A stretch of DNA of 63,122 bases, filler included, from Hyphochytrium catenoides (lineage: Eukaryota; Protista; Hyphochytriomycota): NCBI GenBank assembly GCA_900088475.1. It is 4 parts of 4 records of this genome, joined end to end, with 100 filler letters (N's around TTAATTAATTAA, not from the genome) between each part and the next. Parts side by side here need not be neighbours in the genome. Positions count along the whole stretch, not along the records: positions 1 to 26,722 come from FLMG01001994.1; positions 26,823 to 49,949 come from FLMG01003071.1; 2 more parts are not named here. One strand, given 5' to 3'. The translations under genes and the position numbers were made by a program. The notes under the pieces were generated by a model. That model saw only the letters and a program-made list of their open reading frames with translations, was not told where the DNA came from and did not search any database. Below are positions 22,301-36,000 of this stretch, piece after piece (position 1 is the first letter of the stretch; each line of letters starts with the position of its first letter).

Positions 22301-25300
22301 CGTTGTGGCATACCGCAAGATGAAGCAAGAACCTCTCAATTTTCTGTGCATGCTCTTTGCCCCTTGCTCCCTGCATACCAAGAACCAGCATTGATGCTTC
22401 TTAGCCTGTTCTCTGATGTGCCTTCCACATACATTCCTAGCAAACCGCATCTCTCTCCGATCCTGTTGCCGTTCTGACTGTTCGCGACATTCTGCGCTAC
22501 TGCTACACCTCTTCTCTGCGTCCCAAGGACATTCCCTTGCGATGCCTTTCGTCTCTTTACTCCTAATTCAACCAAATGCTGGAAAGCTTTCCTTCATTGG
22601 AGACGAGAATGGGTCGTACCTGTCTGTCTTTGGCCAGCTCCCCTGTCGGGTCCACAAAGTGCACGTTGGACGGCTGTTCAACCAGCATATTATCCGCTAT
22701 AACATCTCTTCCAGAGAGCTGGTCGTTAAGGTAAAATAATGTTAAGAGACATCAAACCGTGCAGGAATGGAGAAGGCTACCATCAAGACCAAAGGAGCAT
22801 AATCTTCGTCAATGACAGGGGTGCGAAAGCTGAATGAGTAGAGGAGCAGAACAGACACGTTCGAAAGCAACTAGGAGACGAAGTACAGGCACAGGGCAGA
22901 CCTAGCCCAGTGGACTAGAGATGGAAGAGGAGATGGAAGGAATGCCTCTCACCTCCAAACCAGCCCTTTTCAAGGCCACTCGTCCAATCTCTGTGGTGCC
23001 CTTACCATAAGCAACACCGTTGATGCTGCACTTTCTGAAGTCCATCACATTGGCAGTCAGTGTGCCTGTCTTGTCAGAGAAAATGAACGATATCTGGCCG
23101 CACAGATCGTTCAGGTCTGGATTTCGAGCCAATGCAGGTGTATCGGTAGGTTCATAGTACATCTTGATGTCCTTGTTGATGAACCACGCCTGCCAGGTCT
23201 TAGTGATGGCAAGAGTGACATAAAGAGTAATAGGTATGATAGAAGAGGTCAAGCCCCAGAAGTAGAAAGTGTAGATAAGAAAGCCTGCAAAGTTGTTATA
23301 GAACGGGGTTGGACTTCCGCTCTCTTGTAGGAGAAGATATGTGTGCTCGTCGATGTTGACGCCAATCCAGACAGAACAGAGCAGGCCGCCCGCCAGACAG
23401 AGTACGACAAGGATGATGACGAGATATAACATGGCGCTGTTGACGACCTCGGCGATCTGTCCATACTTGTGAGGGTTCGGCTTGGAGCTCTGCATAATCT
23501 TCGTATCAGGACCTAGCAGCACAAGTGAAAGGAGGAACGAAAGAGGAACAGAAAGTAGGTTTAGGGGGAAGCCTCCTGCTGGTCGTGGCCAATTGCTTTT
23601 CTCTCTTCGAGCCCTTCTCTGTCTAATCTTGTCTTCATATTCTCTCTGGCTATCTGGCCTTGCCTTTTGCTTCCTACTAGGGCTTGAGTCTTCTCTCTGC
23701 TATTTCTTACTCCATCCTCTCAGGGCTTCCTCTAACCGATTCTCCCACGTTTTGCCTTTCATCTCCTCGGAATCGTTGGGCACATGCAGGACCTAAGGTG
23801 CCGCTCGTTTGCTCGCGCTCTGGGCCCCAACCCACCTGTGTTCAAAACTAGGCCGTAAATGTGGTCCACGTTCCGCAGCGTTGTTCCCCTTAGAAGCACG
23901 TTTTTCCTGTCGATGCTTAGCTCTCTCGCCCCATTTTCATCCACCCATTTCCCTCTAAAGCTGTTCGTGTTATGGTTAGGCCCTTCGCATTCCACGAGCC
24001 CCCTGGCCTCCCTGACATCCTTAGGACTACTGACAGGGGAAGACGAGAGAGGCATGACTTCTCTAATTTTAAGGTTTGTCTCTCCATCTAAGGACTTTGT
24101 CTCCACGAAGCAAATGCCCTGAGGGGGCTCGTCTTCCTTCTCGGAAACGCCAACCAGCAGAAGGTCAGCCGGAATGGTCTCCCGATTCTTCACCTGATGA
24201 AACAGAGCCAACGCGGTAGTTTGGTTGGAGACAGGGTCAGGTCGGTAAGAACACTAGCAACACAGGCCCACACCGAGACCAGGATAGTGAAGAGCCTTGA
24301 AGACAGACGCTGCAGAGTTAAGCTCTAGGACCGTCAAGGAAAGAGAGAGCTAGCGACAGACATAAGAGAGAGCAGCAATTGAATGTTCTCAGTGACATGA
24401 ATGACCCTCCTACCGAGCATCTACATAGAGGCATCAGCAGCAAAAAGTACTACGAATGAACATGATAGGCGGGCAATGATGCAGCTGCGTACCATGAGTA
24501 TATCTCCCACTACCACCTCGCTCCAGGTCGTATGCACGAAGCTCTCTGTCTGCTCGTCATAGCGCAGAGTAGGCGCAGAGTTCGCCTTCTTGTCAGCTTT
24601 ATAGCGCTTATGGTCCGCCACACCTTCAAAGAAACCATCCAGCGCGAGCACAAAGGCAAGAGAGAGCCACATAAAGGGGATGCCTCCCGTAGGAGAGATA
24701 GCAGGTATAAGCTGACCGACACCGACGAGAAAGAAGTAAGCATTAGCGGTCTGTCTGAAGCGAGAAACGAGAAAGAGAGGAACGAAGTTCCATGAGGTGT
24801 ACTTTGTCGTCGACACTCCGTTTCCTACGTATTCATGCTTCGCGTTCTCTTCCCGATTGTGCAGATAAACCTTCCGGGGAAGGGAAGAGTCGGGGGGAGA
24901 GGAAGGGACGGCGGTAGGAGTGGTCGGGGGCTCATGAGGTGGATACCAAGGATCCGGCGTGTTACTGGCGATGACTTCACTCTGAGGCGCGTAGGGAGGG
25001 AAGAGGTATTCCATGATCTGTTCAAAAAGAACAAGAGGGGGAGGCAAGAGAGAGATGAAGGAGAGACAAGAGAGGGAAGTCTTAGCTCGGTAGTTAGGTC
25101 AAGGGTAGCGACATCATCCGAGTGAAACGGCTGAAGAGCGAAGAGAAGGTGCTGCAGAAGCTGACTAGGGGCCAGTGGCCGCCGGCGAAAAGGTCAACAA
25201 CCTCTATGTTCACGCCATAACGTAAGACCACAGGTAAAGCGAGAGGTGTCGCGGAAAGGGTAGCGCGAGGGAGAGAGAAAGAGAAAGAGAGAGAGAAAGA

Positions 25301-26084
25301 GAGAGAAAGAGACATAGAAATTCACAAAAGGGGATCAGCACAAAGAGTCGAACATGTGAAGAAGAGGGGACGAGGGGAGAAGAGCCAGCAGGATGTTCAA
25401 TGACAAAGATAAAAAACCCTGTGAGACAGAGAGAGAATTTGAAGAGAGAGGGAGATAGTGGGAAGAAAGGAAAACATAGACCCAAAGAGCAAGAGAGAGA
25501 GAGAGAGAGACAAAGACAGAGACAGAAAGAGAGAGAAGAGACAAAGGAAGAGGGGCCAGGGTAGAAGGGAAGACCCAGATAACAGGAGCACCGTTGAGAA
25601 AACGATAACTCCACAGCAGCGGAAGAGACACGAGGAAGTAGCCTTGACAGACTCTCTCTCTTCCTTTTACCTTCTTGCTGCTCTCCTGAAGTCTTCCGGA
25701 GAGCTGCCCTTCCTGCTGCTCCTGACTCAGAGGCGGACTGAGGCCCTCCCCTTCTCCCCCGCCATTCGCAGAGAGGAAGCTCCTCATAGAGCCGGAGTGA
25801 CCTAATCTTCTGCTCACTCGGCCGCTGGTGTTTGGCGTCACGGCGAAGCGCACGTCCTTGGCCGACTGCATGTGCTCCAAGAGAGCGTGAGTGGGCTTCA
25901 TCTCCTCTCCTTCTCTGCTGCCTCCTCTCTCCCCTCGTTCCTGATAGAGGCGACTCCATGGTCGGTCTGTGGGTACTCCTCTCCCTCCTCCTCCAGGGCC
26001 AGCACCTGGGAAGCTCTGCGTCCTATCTCTCTCTTCGAGAGGCGGAGGAAAGGCACGCGGAGGTGGTAGGTCTTGGTCCCACAT
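16343..26084 (-). CDS. P4-type ATPase (phospholipid flippase, ATP8/Drs2-like) with C-terminal DysF domain, 20 exons
   Basis: Motifs [102 protein letters not shown] and RHTGFAFS. All 19 reconstructed introns are GT-AG and phase-compatible. The start ATG at 26084 is the least certain part. Confidence 0.93.
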
Positions 26085-26722
26085 GATAATAACACTGGAT
26101 GGTGGACAGAAGAGAGAAAAGGATTGGCTTCCAGTCAGCCTCAGAACACGTAGGCTTTCTCCCTTCTTTCTCTTCTCCTGGGCAGAGACAGCTCCGCCGT
26201 CTTCAGCAATGGACCTGCTGCTAGACTCTTTCCTGATGAGCTCCTCGCAGATGTTCAAGCTCCTCTCTGCGGGCAGCCCGGTCAATGCCAAGACACCGAG
26301 ACTCAACGATGAGCAACGGCCCGAGAGAAGTGGCGATAATGGTACCGGTCGGTGGCCGCCGTCTTGCCTGCAACTGTTCTACCGCGTTCGTAAAAGAGAG
26401 AGAGAAGAGAGTTGGGGAGAGGGAGAGCAGAGGGAAAGGAGCAAGAGAGTGTGTCTGTAACAAGACGGCAGAGGCAGCGGCATCATCCTTGAAGTGGCAA
26501 AAGAGGAGAGGGGAGGGAAACAGGAGGAAGATGATAGAAGAGCGAATAGTTAGGAAGGAAGCAGCCTCCTCTCCCTTGCTCTTTATCTTTTAGAGGCCTT
26601 CTTTCTCTCTCCTCCTCTTGGTCATCAGTCATCACCTCTGTAGAACTATAAGCAGGACCTACGTTGGCTCTCTCTCTCTCTCTCTCTCTCCCTCTCTCTC
26701 TCTCTCCTTTCTTTCTCTCTCT

Positions 26723-26822
26723 NNNNNNNNNNNNNNNNNNNNNNNNNNNNNNNNNNNNNNNNNNNNTTAATTAATTAANNNNNNNNNNNNNNNNNNNNNN
26801 NNNNNNNNNNNNNNNNNNNNNN
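26723..26822. other. Artificial contig linker (44 N + TTAATTAATTAA + 44 N)
   Basis: The same 100-nt construct recurs at 49950-50049 and 60937-61036. The 12-mer carries stop codons in multiple frames on both strands. Confidence 0.95.
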
Positions 26823-27019
26823 AAGCGGGCATAGCCCCGATATAGGAAAGAGATCTTTACGGGAAGGGTGGATATCGCATGCGCCAAAATGGGAAGCAAT
26901 AATGGGAAGCAAACCGCGAGTGTCACTGAATCCTCCCACACGCCATACTCTTTAACGATCTAGGCTAGTCTTTTTGCACTTCCTGCCAATCAGTGTGCTG
27001 CTTAGATTGACACCGCATT

Positions 27020-30000
27020 ATGGGTTCTGAAGATTTGAGTGACATGGGGGAATACGCCGCCACCCGATTGGCTGAGGACGTCTATTGGTCCTCGGTAGAC
27101 CCTGACTGTTTTTATGACGATCAGTTCATGGAAGAAAGGGCAATGACGTTAGCGGGGACAGACCAGTACTGGTCAGACCAAGTAAAGACCTCGCCTAAGA
27201 AAGTATGACTTTCCCTCCTTTTTGGTTCCGTAGATTAATATGCTAACATATTATGCTAGGCCATGAAGTCGTTTCCTTCTACGTGCACCATTGAGAAATT
27301 GCTGGCGGATATGCTAGAAGTTGCCACAGAGCAAAAAATGCCAATTGCACAGGAGCATCTCGTCTTTTCAGGAGAGGACACGCTTGATTCTTCTAGAAGG
27401 TTGACTTCTTCCACTTCTATATCTGATCTGTATTATGCGAAAACCAATGATGTTGGCCTGCTCATTAGACGGTCAGAAAGTCGATATCGAGTGCTGCAAC
27501 GCATCCAAGCAGCCCGAGAAAGGATCAACAAATTTTTGCAGGCAGAGGCAAGCCACGAGACTTCCGCTACAGTTACCGATAGGGGTCAAATGACCTCTCA
27601 GCTCCTCAATGCCGCAGCCATTCGGATGACTATATGCGTTATGAAAGCATTTAGAGCCACCAGTAGGTATCTCCCTTGTTTGTACTTGCGAGGGTTAAGT
27701 TCACGGAGTTTGTCGGTCTAGATCCAGATCTCATTAGGGACGGCCTGCGAACTCTAATCAACCTCCTCGACGAAGCTCCACCTCTTTCTTTGGCCATGGT
27801 AAACTGTACCTAATATATCGGTCTGATGCACTTAAAATCCTTTCTACTAGTCTGACGAATAGTGGACCGTCACAGGTCAAACGCAGCACAGTGGAGACGT
27901 CGACTTTAGAAACGCTTGTCGCGTTTGCTGCGGAGACTTTGGAGGACAAGCAAACAGGTCTTATTTTTTGTATTTATCGAAGACAGCACTAGTCGACCTT
28001 ACAGGCTCATCCTCGAACACCAGGAGTGGCAAGTGGGCCAGAAACCGCAAGGCTTGCCATAAGCTTACTTATTGCCTTAGCCACGGCTTCGGGGGAGCTT
28101 CGCTTATTCTACTTAGCCCTCGTATTTCTTGAGAAGTTTGAGACGGATAGCGACCCACTTGTATGTCTTTCCTTTCCCTGCTACGCAATAACTGCTGGTT
28201 TGCTTACCCCTTCCTCTTACGTGACACCAAACAGCTTCGTACCTCTGAACTGCCACCTGAAGTGAACCCTTTCCTCAAAAGGCTAGCAGAGCATCACCAT
28301 GACTTCGGACTCGACTGCCTTCACTCTTCAATGATTATTACTGATGTCCACCTCCAAGTTGTGAACACTATCCAGAAGCCTGCAGCGGAACCTCATGGCA
28401 GATCCAGAGCAATAGCTTCTGATGGACGATACATATACTTCTATGACCAGGGATCCATATATAAAGGTAGAGCTCTTTGCCACCTGACAGATAGATGCGC
28501 ATACTTATATTTCTTTCCATGCGCTTGAAGTGGGCTCCGGCCTGAAAGGCTCAATCCTAGGACACATCTACGCACAGCTACCCATGACAATGTTGAATCA
28601 GAGCAAAGAGATCCCTCTACTTACGGCTGCGTTCTACGGCGAGGGCTTTGATGTTACAGATCCCTTGAAGGAGGCACTGGGTACTTCTGGCATTCTCTCG
28701 CTCGACACTGATCTTATAGCAGGCCTTAAAAATACCAACTCATATCCTGGGGTATTAGCTGTGATATACTCTACAGCTGGTGATACAACTTCAACCATCC
28801 TCTACCTTTTGACTAACGGTTCCGAGAACTACAGACTGGACAGCAGGTATATCAAAATCTGCTGCGTATCCTAGACTCTAATACGTTAGCTCATGAGATG
28901 GGTTTAGCAACATAATCCATTGGGCCATCTACGGATCGTTGACAGACGTGACAGATATCGTCCGAGAGGAGTGGTCCCGGTCGAGTTTCAGCATCCTTCT
29001 TGGAGAGCGAAAAGTGCTCTTTCGTCAAGGTGAGGAGCGTAGCCTCTTCCTCTCTTATTCGGAACGAGGGCTTTCGACCCAAAAGGTCTACCCACCCCAT
29101 GAGGTGGTAGATATCGATGTTCAGACCCAAAGCGAGGACGTAGGTAAGGGCCCCATCCTACTATCAAACTAATTTTTCTCATCAGCGCTGAGGCCTTCAA
29201 TTACTATAGTTCGACTAGCTTGTGTTGGAGAACGTCTTTACATCATGTCCTCGCACTTGACGGAGGAGAAAAGCATTATCTCTCTCTCGACAACGCACTT
29301 TGGCAAGGTGAGATAATCGGCATAAGTAATGACGTATGTATAACCAATGCCTCTCTGCTTCAGGAGCCAGACTTTCGATACCTTACCCTAGACATAGCAG
29401 ACTCTTCTGAGGATCTTGAGGTCAGTTGTCGTCGATTTCTCGTCCCTCATTCATCACAGTCCTCAGTGACAAAGCCATTCAGAGTCTTCCAAACTCCAGA
29501 CAAGCTGAAATGGAGTCAGAACTTCAGAGGCCCCTTTCCATCGCTTCCCTGACAGCCTCACACGAAATTGAGTCACTGACTGAATACCTTGAGGACCATG
29601 ATGGTACGCAACGATTGCGCAAACCAAACAATCTCTCAGGCCGCAGCCCTAGTACCATTGCTCCTATTTCTCTTACCTCAGCTCGCGGGAAGGCCAATGA
29701 ACTGACACTTTTCAGCTCTTCTCCAGTTTTTTAACTTCTTCTGCCCCTCTACCATTGTTATTGTTAACTCTGAGTTCAATGTCCGACAGAAGATGATGAG
29801 GATGAGAACAGCTTTGAGGAAGTTGAGGGATTTGTCTCGAACCTGTTCGAGCACTCTATGTTAGGAGATAGGAACTCATGGCTCGCTGCTTATAATATGG
29901 AAGATCGCTCAGCATGGTTTGATTTCTCCCACCTTGAGTCCCATAATAAATGTTTACGGTGTCCGAAACTTGGTGCAGGTTCCAATTGGACTTCGGAGAC

Positions 30001-33000
30001 TCTCTACCTCGAAAACTGGTCCGGTACGAGTTATGTGCAGCGAGTTCGGGCTACGGGTCGCCTCCTACCGAATGGGTTGTCCAGGTGACTATCTTAACGC
30101 TCAATTGATCCCACTACAAGTGATTCTGTAACTTGTCTTGCCTGAGATCCCTTTTAACAGTTCAAGGCATTTCGTACTTGATCCACTCATAAATTTAACG
30201 TTCCCGTCGCAAGTGGCGTTATTACCTTGAATTTATCCCATGCGTGTCCTTTGTCACTCACTTACCTGCTTGGTTGGTTGCCTCTCACGCGCAAAATTCA
30301 GGCTCGGGAGAATTCCAACTCGAATTGGTTAGATGTTGGTGCCGAGACAGGCATCCAATTGTCTACAACTCCTACAGAATTCTGTATCAGAGACCACCAA
30401 AGAGGGCCATATTGCAGCTACCGCTGGCTCTTCAAGACAGGCCGGCTGAACGACGACCTATCTCCCTTCAAGGACATTCTTTCTCTAGGTCCTGTGAGGC
30501 TTTTTGAGTCTAGACCCAGCGAGAATACGGATATCAAGCTCAGCCGTTACCCTCTTCTCACCAGTGATGGAAGGAGGCTCTATCTTATCAAGGAGGCCTC
30601 TGGCAAGGCCCGAGTTTATATAATGAACGCGGCGTCCCTGTCAGTCGAGCGTACTGTAGATCTCGAGGTGTTGACTGAAGCTTCCCGGTAACGTTACCAA
30701 AGAGCAATTGTGCACGGTCGAAGTGAGGGGTTTTAAATATCCGATACTAGGCCTCATTAGTGTGACGATTTTTTGAAAATAGAGTTGAGTACCCAGAGGA
30801 CGCGAAGACTGACTTCTTCATGCCTGCGCGTTAAATTAGAAAAGCAGTAGTCTCAGCTAACACAAGGTTGAAGGTTGTGCACTTTTTGCGTGAAAGTTGT
30901 TGGTATACGAACGGTATTTACATCGGTCTGGTGGTTGAAGACAAGTCCGCCAACCAGTCATCAAACAGGTCTGATCACAAGCTATAAGTGGCCTCCCTCT
31001 TCCGCGTGCATTGCCTCACCACCTCTTTTGCTCTCGACCATACAGCATCTATAGCATAACTGACGGCTCATTGCTCAACAAGACGGAGCTGTCCAAAGAC
31101 ACCCCTAGCTGTACGAGCTACGACTTTGCTCACAATGTGATATGGTGTTTCGACAGTCGCGGTTGGCGCTTGCTCGCCTTTCGGAATAGCGGCCTACAGC
31201 TTCCTCAAGGTGTTGTGCCTTATGACGGCTCTTTGACAAACCCAGCCCTTAATGCTATCCTGCTTAGGCCAAGTTGCCAACGGTATTGGATATATTCCGT
31301 CTGATATTCCCGAGTCCCGTAGCGTTGGTGCAGTCAGGTCCCTGATTTTGTGCCAACTCCGCCGCCTTACTGCGCCATTTGCTCCAGCATTCGAATACCA
31401 AGGTTGCAACCATTTTATTGCTACGATTGTATATCATCCTCAGGATGGCTCCTCACCGCTTACTGTTATTGACAGACGCTTTGAAGTTTACTGTGGAGAA
31501 GTTAGAATGGCAGCCATTTGCATTTGATGCGAGGCTGGCCGCCTTTAATCACCTTCTGGAGCTCTTTCGTTGCTATTGGTAGGCATCGCTCTTAGAAGTA
31601 GGTATATTAAATTTTCTGACCTGCTCTTTCGGATCGTCCTCATAGTGGACGATACCAACGTGGTGTAGAGGGTGCTGGGTACGGTTTGGCAGTGTTGTCA
31701 GATCTTTTTTGCACCCACTTGTTCCAATCGCGGTCTCGTCTCAAGGGCAAAATGGAAGAAGCTGGAAAGCGTCTTTTACAGGCCATTGTGGATGTCGAAG
31801 GGGTAAGATCTGAACTGTAGAAGTGTTATGGCGGCAACGCTAAATCTATCCGCAAGAACAAGCTAGGGACCGCCCAACAGATGACAATTATGGTGACGCA
31901 GTCCGACCGAGTCCTAACCAAGGAGATCTCAGCCTCTCTGGGTAGGCTCTATGTGGAAGTTCTGGACTATGCCCACTCTCGAGACGAGGAGAGGGCGAAC
32001 ACTATTACCTCTCTCGTTGATCGCGCCCTCACTCAGCCTCCGACAGAACAGAATCTTACCATCTTGGACCTGGTAGGTGGCGATACAAGTCTGCTTTACA
32101 GTGTTATTGTAGGCTCATGACGACTCCTGTAGCTATTTCACAAAGCCTCGATGCCTTATGATATCGCTGTGCTCGGAGGTCGCTATAGCAAACTATTAAA
32201 GCAATTAGTGAAGCTGACGACTCATCTAACAACTTATCCGACAGTAGGTAAGAGCTGGATAATAAGTGGTCGTCCTGGGTCTGCTATACTGGCGTCTTAC
32301 CCGTGTAATCCGGTTATGTGCGCTGTCTGTTCAATAAGTATCAGGAGACTCGCTGCTTTCACGTGTTTGCGAGGCTCTCATAGCGTTTACCGGACTGTCC
32401 AAGGACGAGAGGAAGAATTTCTCGCTTGGGGAGTTTGGGCTGCTACTCATTGAGGAGTCTCACTGTCTCCTGGATGCATTTGTTGGCCTCGCCACACTCC
32501 AGTCCGATTCTTCACGCGGCATAGAGTTCGGGGACAAACTACAACATAGCATTCTCGGCCGAGTGCTACCTTGGTACCTCTTGAATCTTTCGCAGAAGCG
32601 GGACGATGCAGTTCACGAGTCTTCGTACGAAGAGGTGTTGTCCTTTAGATTTTCTTTTCGATCTGCTCAAGTTTAACCCTGTTTGCAAACCTAGTCTTCT
32701 TTTCTGCAGGCAGTAGTACTTCTACACTCCCGATTGCACAATGTCGCAAGTATGATTCCAGAGAAGGAGAGAAGTAAACTAGTCAACAAAGTAAAATCAA
32801 AAACGGTATGTGAGACAAAGGAGTCAGAACACTCCTATGCCAACAACACCTCGTCAAGAGAGGAGCTCCTTATAAGAGGTAATGCTGTCCATCTTCACTT
32901 ACAGCGGTGGAAGTGTGGGGGTCGAGCCCAAAGCAATGTCATCTCATAAGTGCTTATCCAATGCAGGGGCCAAGAAGATCATTATCACGTTCGATCCGAA

Positions 33001-36000
33001 GTCCTCAACAGAGAAACACTATGACATTGTCTCGTTCTATAAAGTAAGGAAGGATTACCTCTATACTAGTATCTGCCCGCTTAACGATTACGCAGGATGA
33101 AAGCCTAACGGACATGTGGGGTGGGGAGAGCTTCAGTGGGACTCCCAGTGACAACAATTGGCCAGGGGTGAATGGGAGGTATAACCCTTGGTCCATCGTT
33201 ATGCTGCATAAGGGAAAACAGCTAGGACGCCTTTCTCCTCAACGGTTGTCTCCTTTCGTTTGCCTCTTCTTCTTCCTTGCATGTCTTTTTCAACAGGTCT
33301 CCTCTGGAGATAGACGCGGACCGTTGTTTGGTCCACTTCCAAACTGACTCAAGTGGCACCGATTGGGGATGGAAGTTCACCGCGCAAGCTGATGTTGTGA
33401 CAATCCATAGAGGTTCAAGCGTGGCTCCCTGCCCCCTCCCTGCATTGGTGCTTACCTTGTCCTTACTTGTCTTTCATTTCCACTTGGTTGTCTGGCGCTG
33501 AACAGGGGTCTCATATCATTGGATGATCCAGTTGTCCAAGGATCTTTTGACCTTCGCTTGTGAATCAATCGGTCAGATGATTGAGGTAAGGTGAAACAGG
33601 GGCCTTACGGCTTCTAGAAGAGACCCTCTGAGGGCTAAGCTGTAGTAATGATTGCCCAATGTCACCAGCCATAGGACAGATTGCCTACTCATGGAATGCG
33701 CTAGAGCAAGTTCTTAAACTCTTACGTTCTACGTCCTTCTCAATAAAGCTACCATTCTGTTTGAAGTACTTGAACCACGACCACTGCATGTGGCTATTAG
33801 CAAGGAGACTTCAGAAAATAGCTAGGTTGACATCTGTGCTACCTGTCGCAGGGGCCAAAGGTGGGAGCGGATGAAGCCTATCTACGCCCGTGGCTGGAAA
33901 ATAGACTTCTCAAGGGCGGGAGAAAGGCTAGACTCCACCAAACTATGGGTGCTAGCCCGAAACAGCAGGTACGTTATGTACAAATCAGCCCAATGTTCCG
34001 CCAAGACCGAGTTTTGAGAACCTTGGATGAGTTATTCAATACCTCACCTTCCGCTGCTAGCAGACTTCTCCATACTCTTTGTGCTCTCTCAAGTGATGCG
34101 GTCGCATCTCCATGTTGCTCGTTCTTGGGTGGTCAGTCTCAAGCGAGGTGATTACACTAATGCGCCACGCCTACCAACTGCCCAAACAGGTTGCTATGGA
34201 GCGAATATTGAAAGACCTACTTCTTTCAAAGCAAGAGTCTCAAGCAGCCACACTGGCTGGGATTTTGAAGCGCCACGTGAGAGAGGACCAGGGTACTGTG
34301 TCAGCAATAAATAAGGTAGGTCTTTAACTTGCATCAGATGGAGGGTATTGTAACTCGTCCACGTACAGTCCTTTAAGCTTGATGTATACTGTCTTTTAGG
34401 CCGTCCATGCCGTGGCTGCCGCAATTCTATACCATAATGCGCTCATGATTGATGCCATGGCGGTTTTACGTGGAAAGGATCAACCATCGAGGTAGGCTGT
34501 GATTAGTCATTTGAGAGTTACAAATCCTGACAGCTCTTGGCAGCCATCTTCAGGAGGCCTGGCGAGCAGCGCAGAAAATGAGACGGTGGTTTGATGAAGG
34601 CGACGCAATACGCATGGAAGAACCAGGTAAATCCTCTCTACTTTCATCCTCTGCCTCAGGGCCCATGGCCAAAAAGGGTAGGGCAACCACTTTACCAAAA
34701 CTCTGTTCACAGAATTAGTGCCGCGGCCTCCCGTGTTACGTCGTCAGCCATCTGCTTACCGTGGTGCCAGCGAGGAGGCAATCGAATTGCTCTCAGCCAA
34801 AGTTGTCGAAAGGGCACAATTCCTACTACAGCTGTCTCCTTCCTTTTTTTTGGAAGGTGAGACATTGCGATGACCAGTGTTTATGTCACCTCACCTAGTA
34901 CGATGACAGGACTACTCCCCCTCAAAAAGACGTGGGTTTCATCCCTCAAAGTGGAGAGCGGAACAGGGGAAGGGAATAGTGGAAGGACGGACTCTTCCAG
35001 GGCTTCGTCGTATGCGGAGAGCAACCGTTGGCAATCTCTGGTCAGAGATATTGGGGCAGCACAAAAGTTGAAAAGATTTCTTGACGAACGGAGAGAAAGC
35101 TCTCCTTTAAGGTGAGTAGTATTCTCCTCCTTACTCTTGTGGCCTGTGCTTGCTTCATTATTGCGTCTAAGAAAGTGGTTTCCAAAACCACCCCTGAATT
35201 AGGAATCAAGGGCGACAGCGATCTATTTCAGAGCTAGTTGTTGCTTTCTGCCAAAGCGACTCGGAGGTGAAGGAGCTTGAAGCTGTGATGGACCTCAGGA
35301 CGAAACGGGCAAATATCAGAACCAAGGGGATAACGCTGCTGAAGGTGCCTATACCTCCGCTGGCTGGATTCCCCTCGTTCTGGCCACATTTACTCATAAC
35401 CTCTCATAATCCTGCGTTCCAAGTGCGCCGTGTGCGCTGACATCAAAAATCCCCACATGCCTTGTGCGCTGACATCAAAATCTTCCTCTTCATGTTTCTA
35501 TGCCCTTTTTACGTTGGCTAGGCACTCATGGAAACGGTCGAAAGTGATGAAGAACGCGGACTTGTGCTAGACGTGTGGATTAGCTCCCTCAAATCGGCCA
35601 CAGTGCAAGGAGAAACAACAGAGATTCATTACCTGGCCAACCTCGAGGCCTGTGATGAGGTTTTGACCCCTCTCTATGTCTATTTTTTGGTCCTTCCACC
35701 TCCCGTCCTTCTTGTGCTTCAAACCTTAACGTGAAACTGAACAATTTTGATACAGGAGGCGAGAGAAGCGCTCATTGCTGCTTTTGGGGATGTTTTGGAA
35801 GTTGTATCCAGTTGGCTCAGCACAGAAAGCCAGACGACTGACGAAGGCCCATTAAGAGGTAGAAAGTCGGACTTTTGGGGCTAAGTGTGGCTACCACCTG
35901 GATCTCTCCGTTCTCCTTGCCACAATGTTACTTTTCTTTTCCAGTTCTTAGAGTCTATTGATCCAAGTCAGCAGAGCCTCAGATAGTCTCAGGTCTCTTC

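Noticed and set aside
26767-26778. TTAATTAATTAA palindrome recurring three times as a possible biological site
   Set aside because: It always sits centred in exactly 44+44 Ns, so it is an assembly linker. Gene neighbourhood across these points is therefore not evidence of clustering.
35430-35482. Short direct repeat tgtgcgctgacatcaaaa in an intron (similar 15-nt doublet near 16053-16082)
   Set aside because: These are two-copy local slippage duplications with no spacer array. There is no CRISPR, tRNA or rRNA evidence anywhere in the window.
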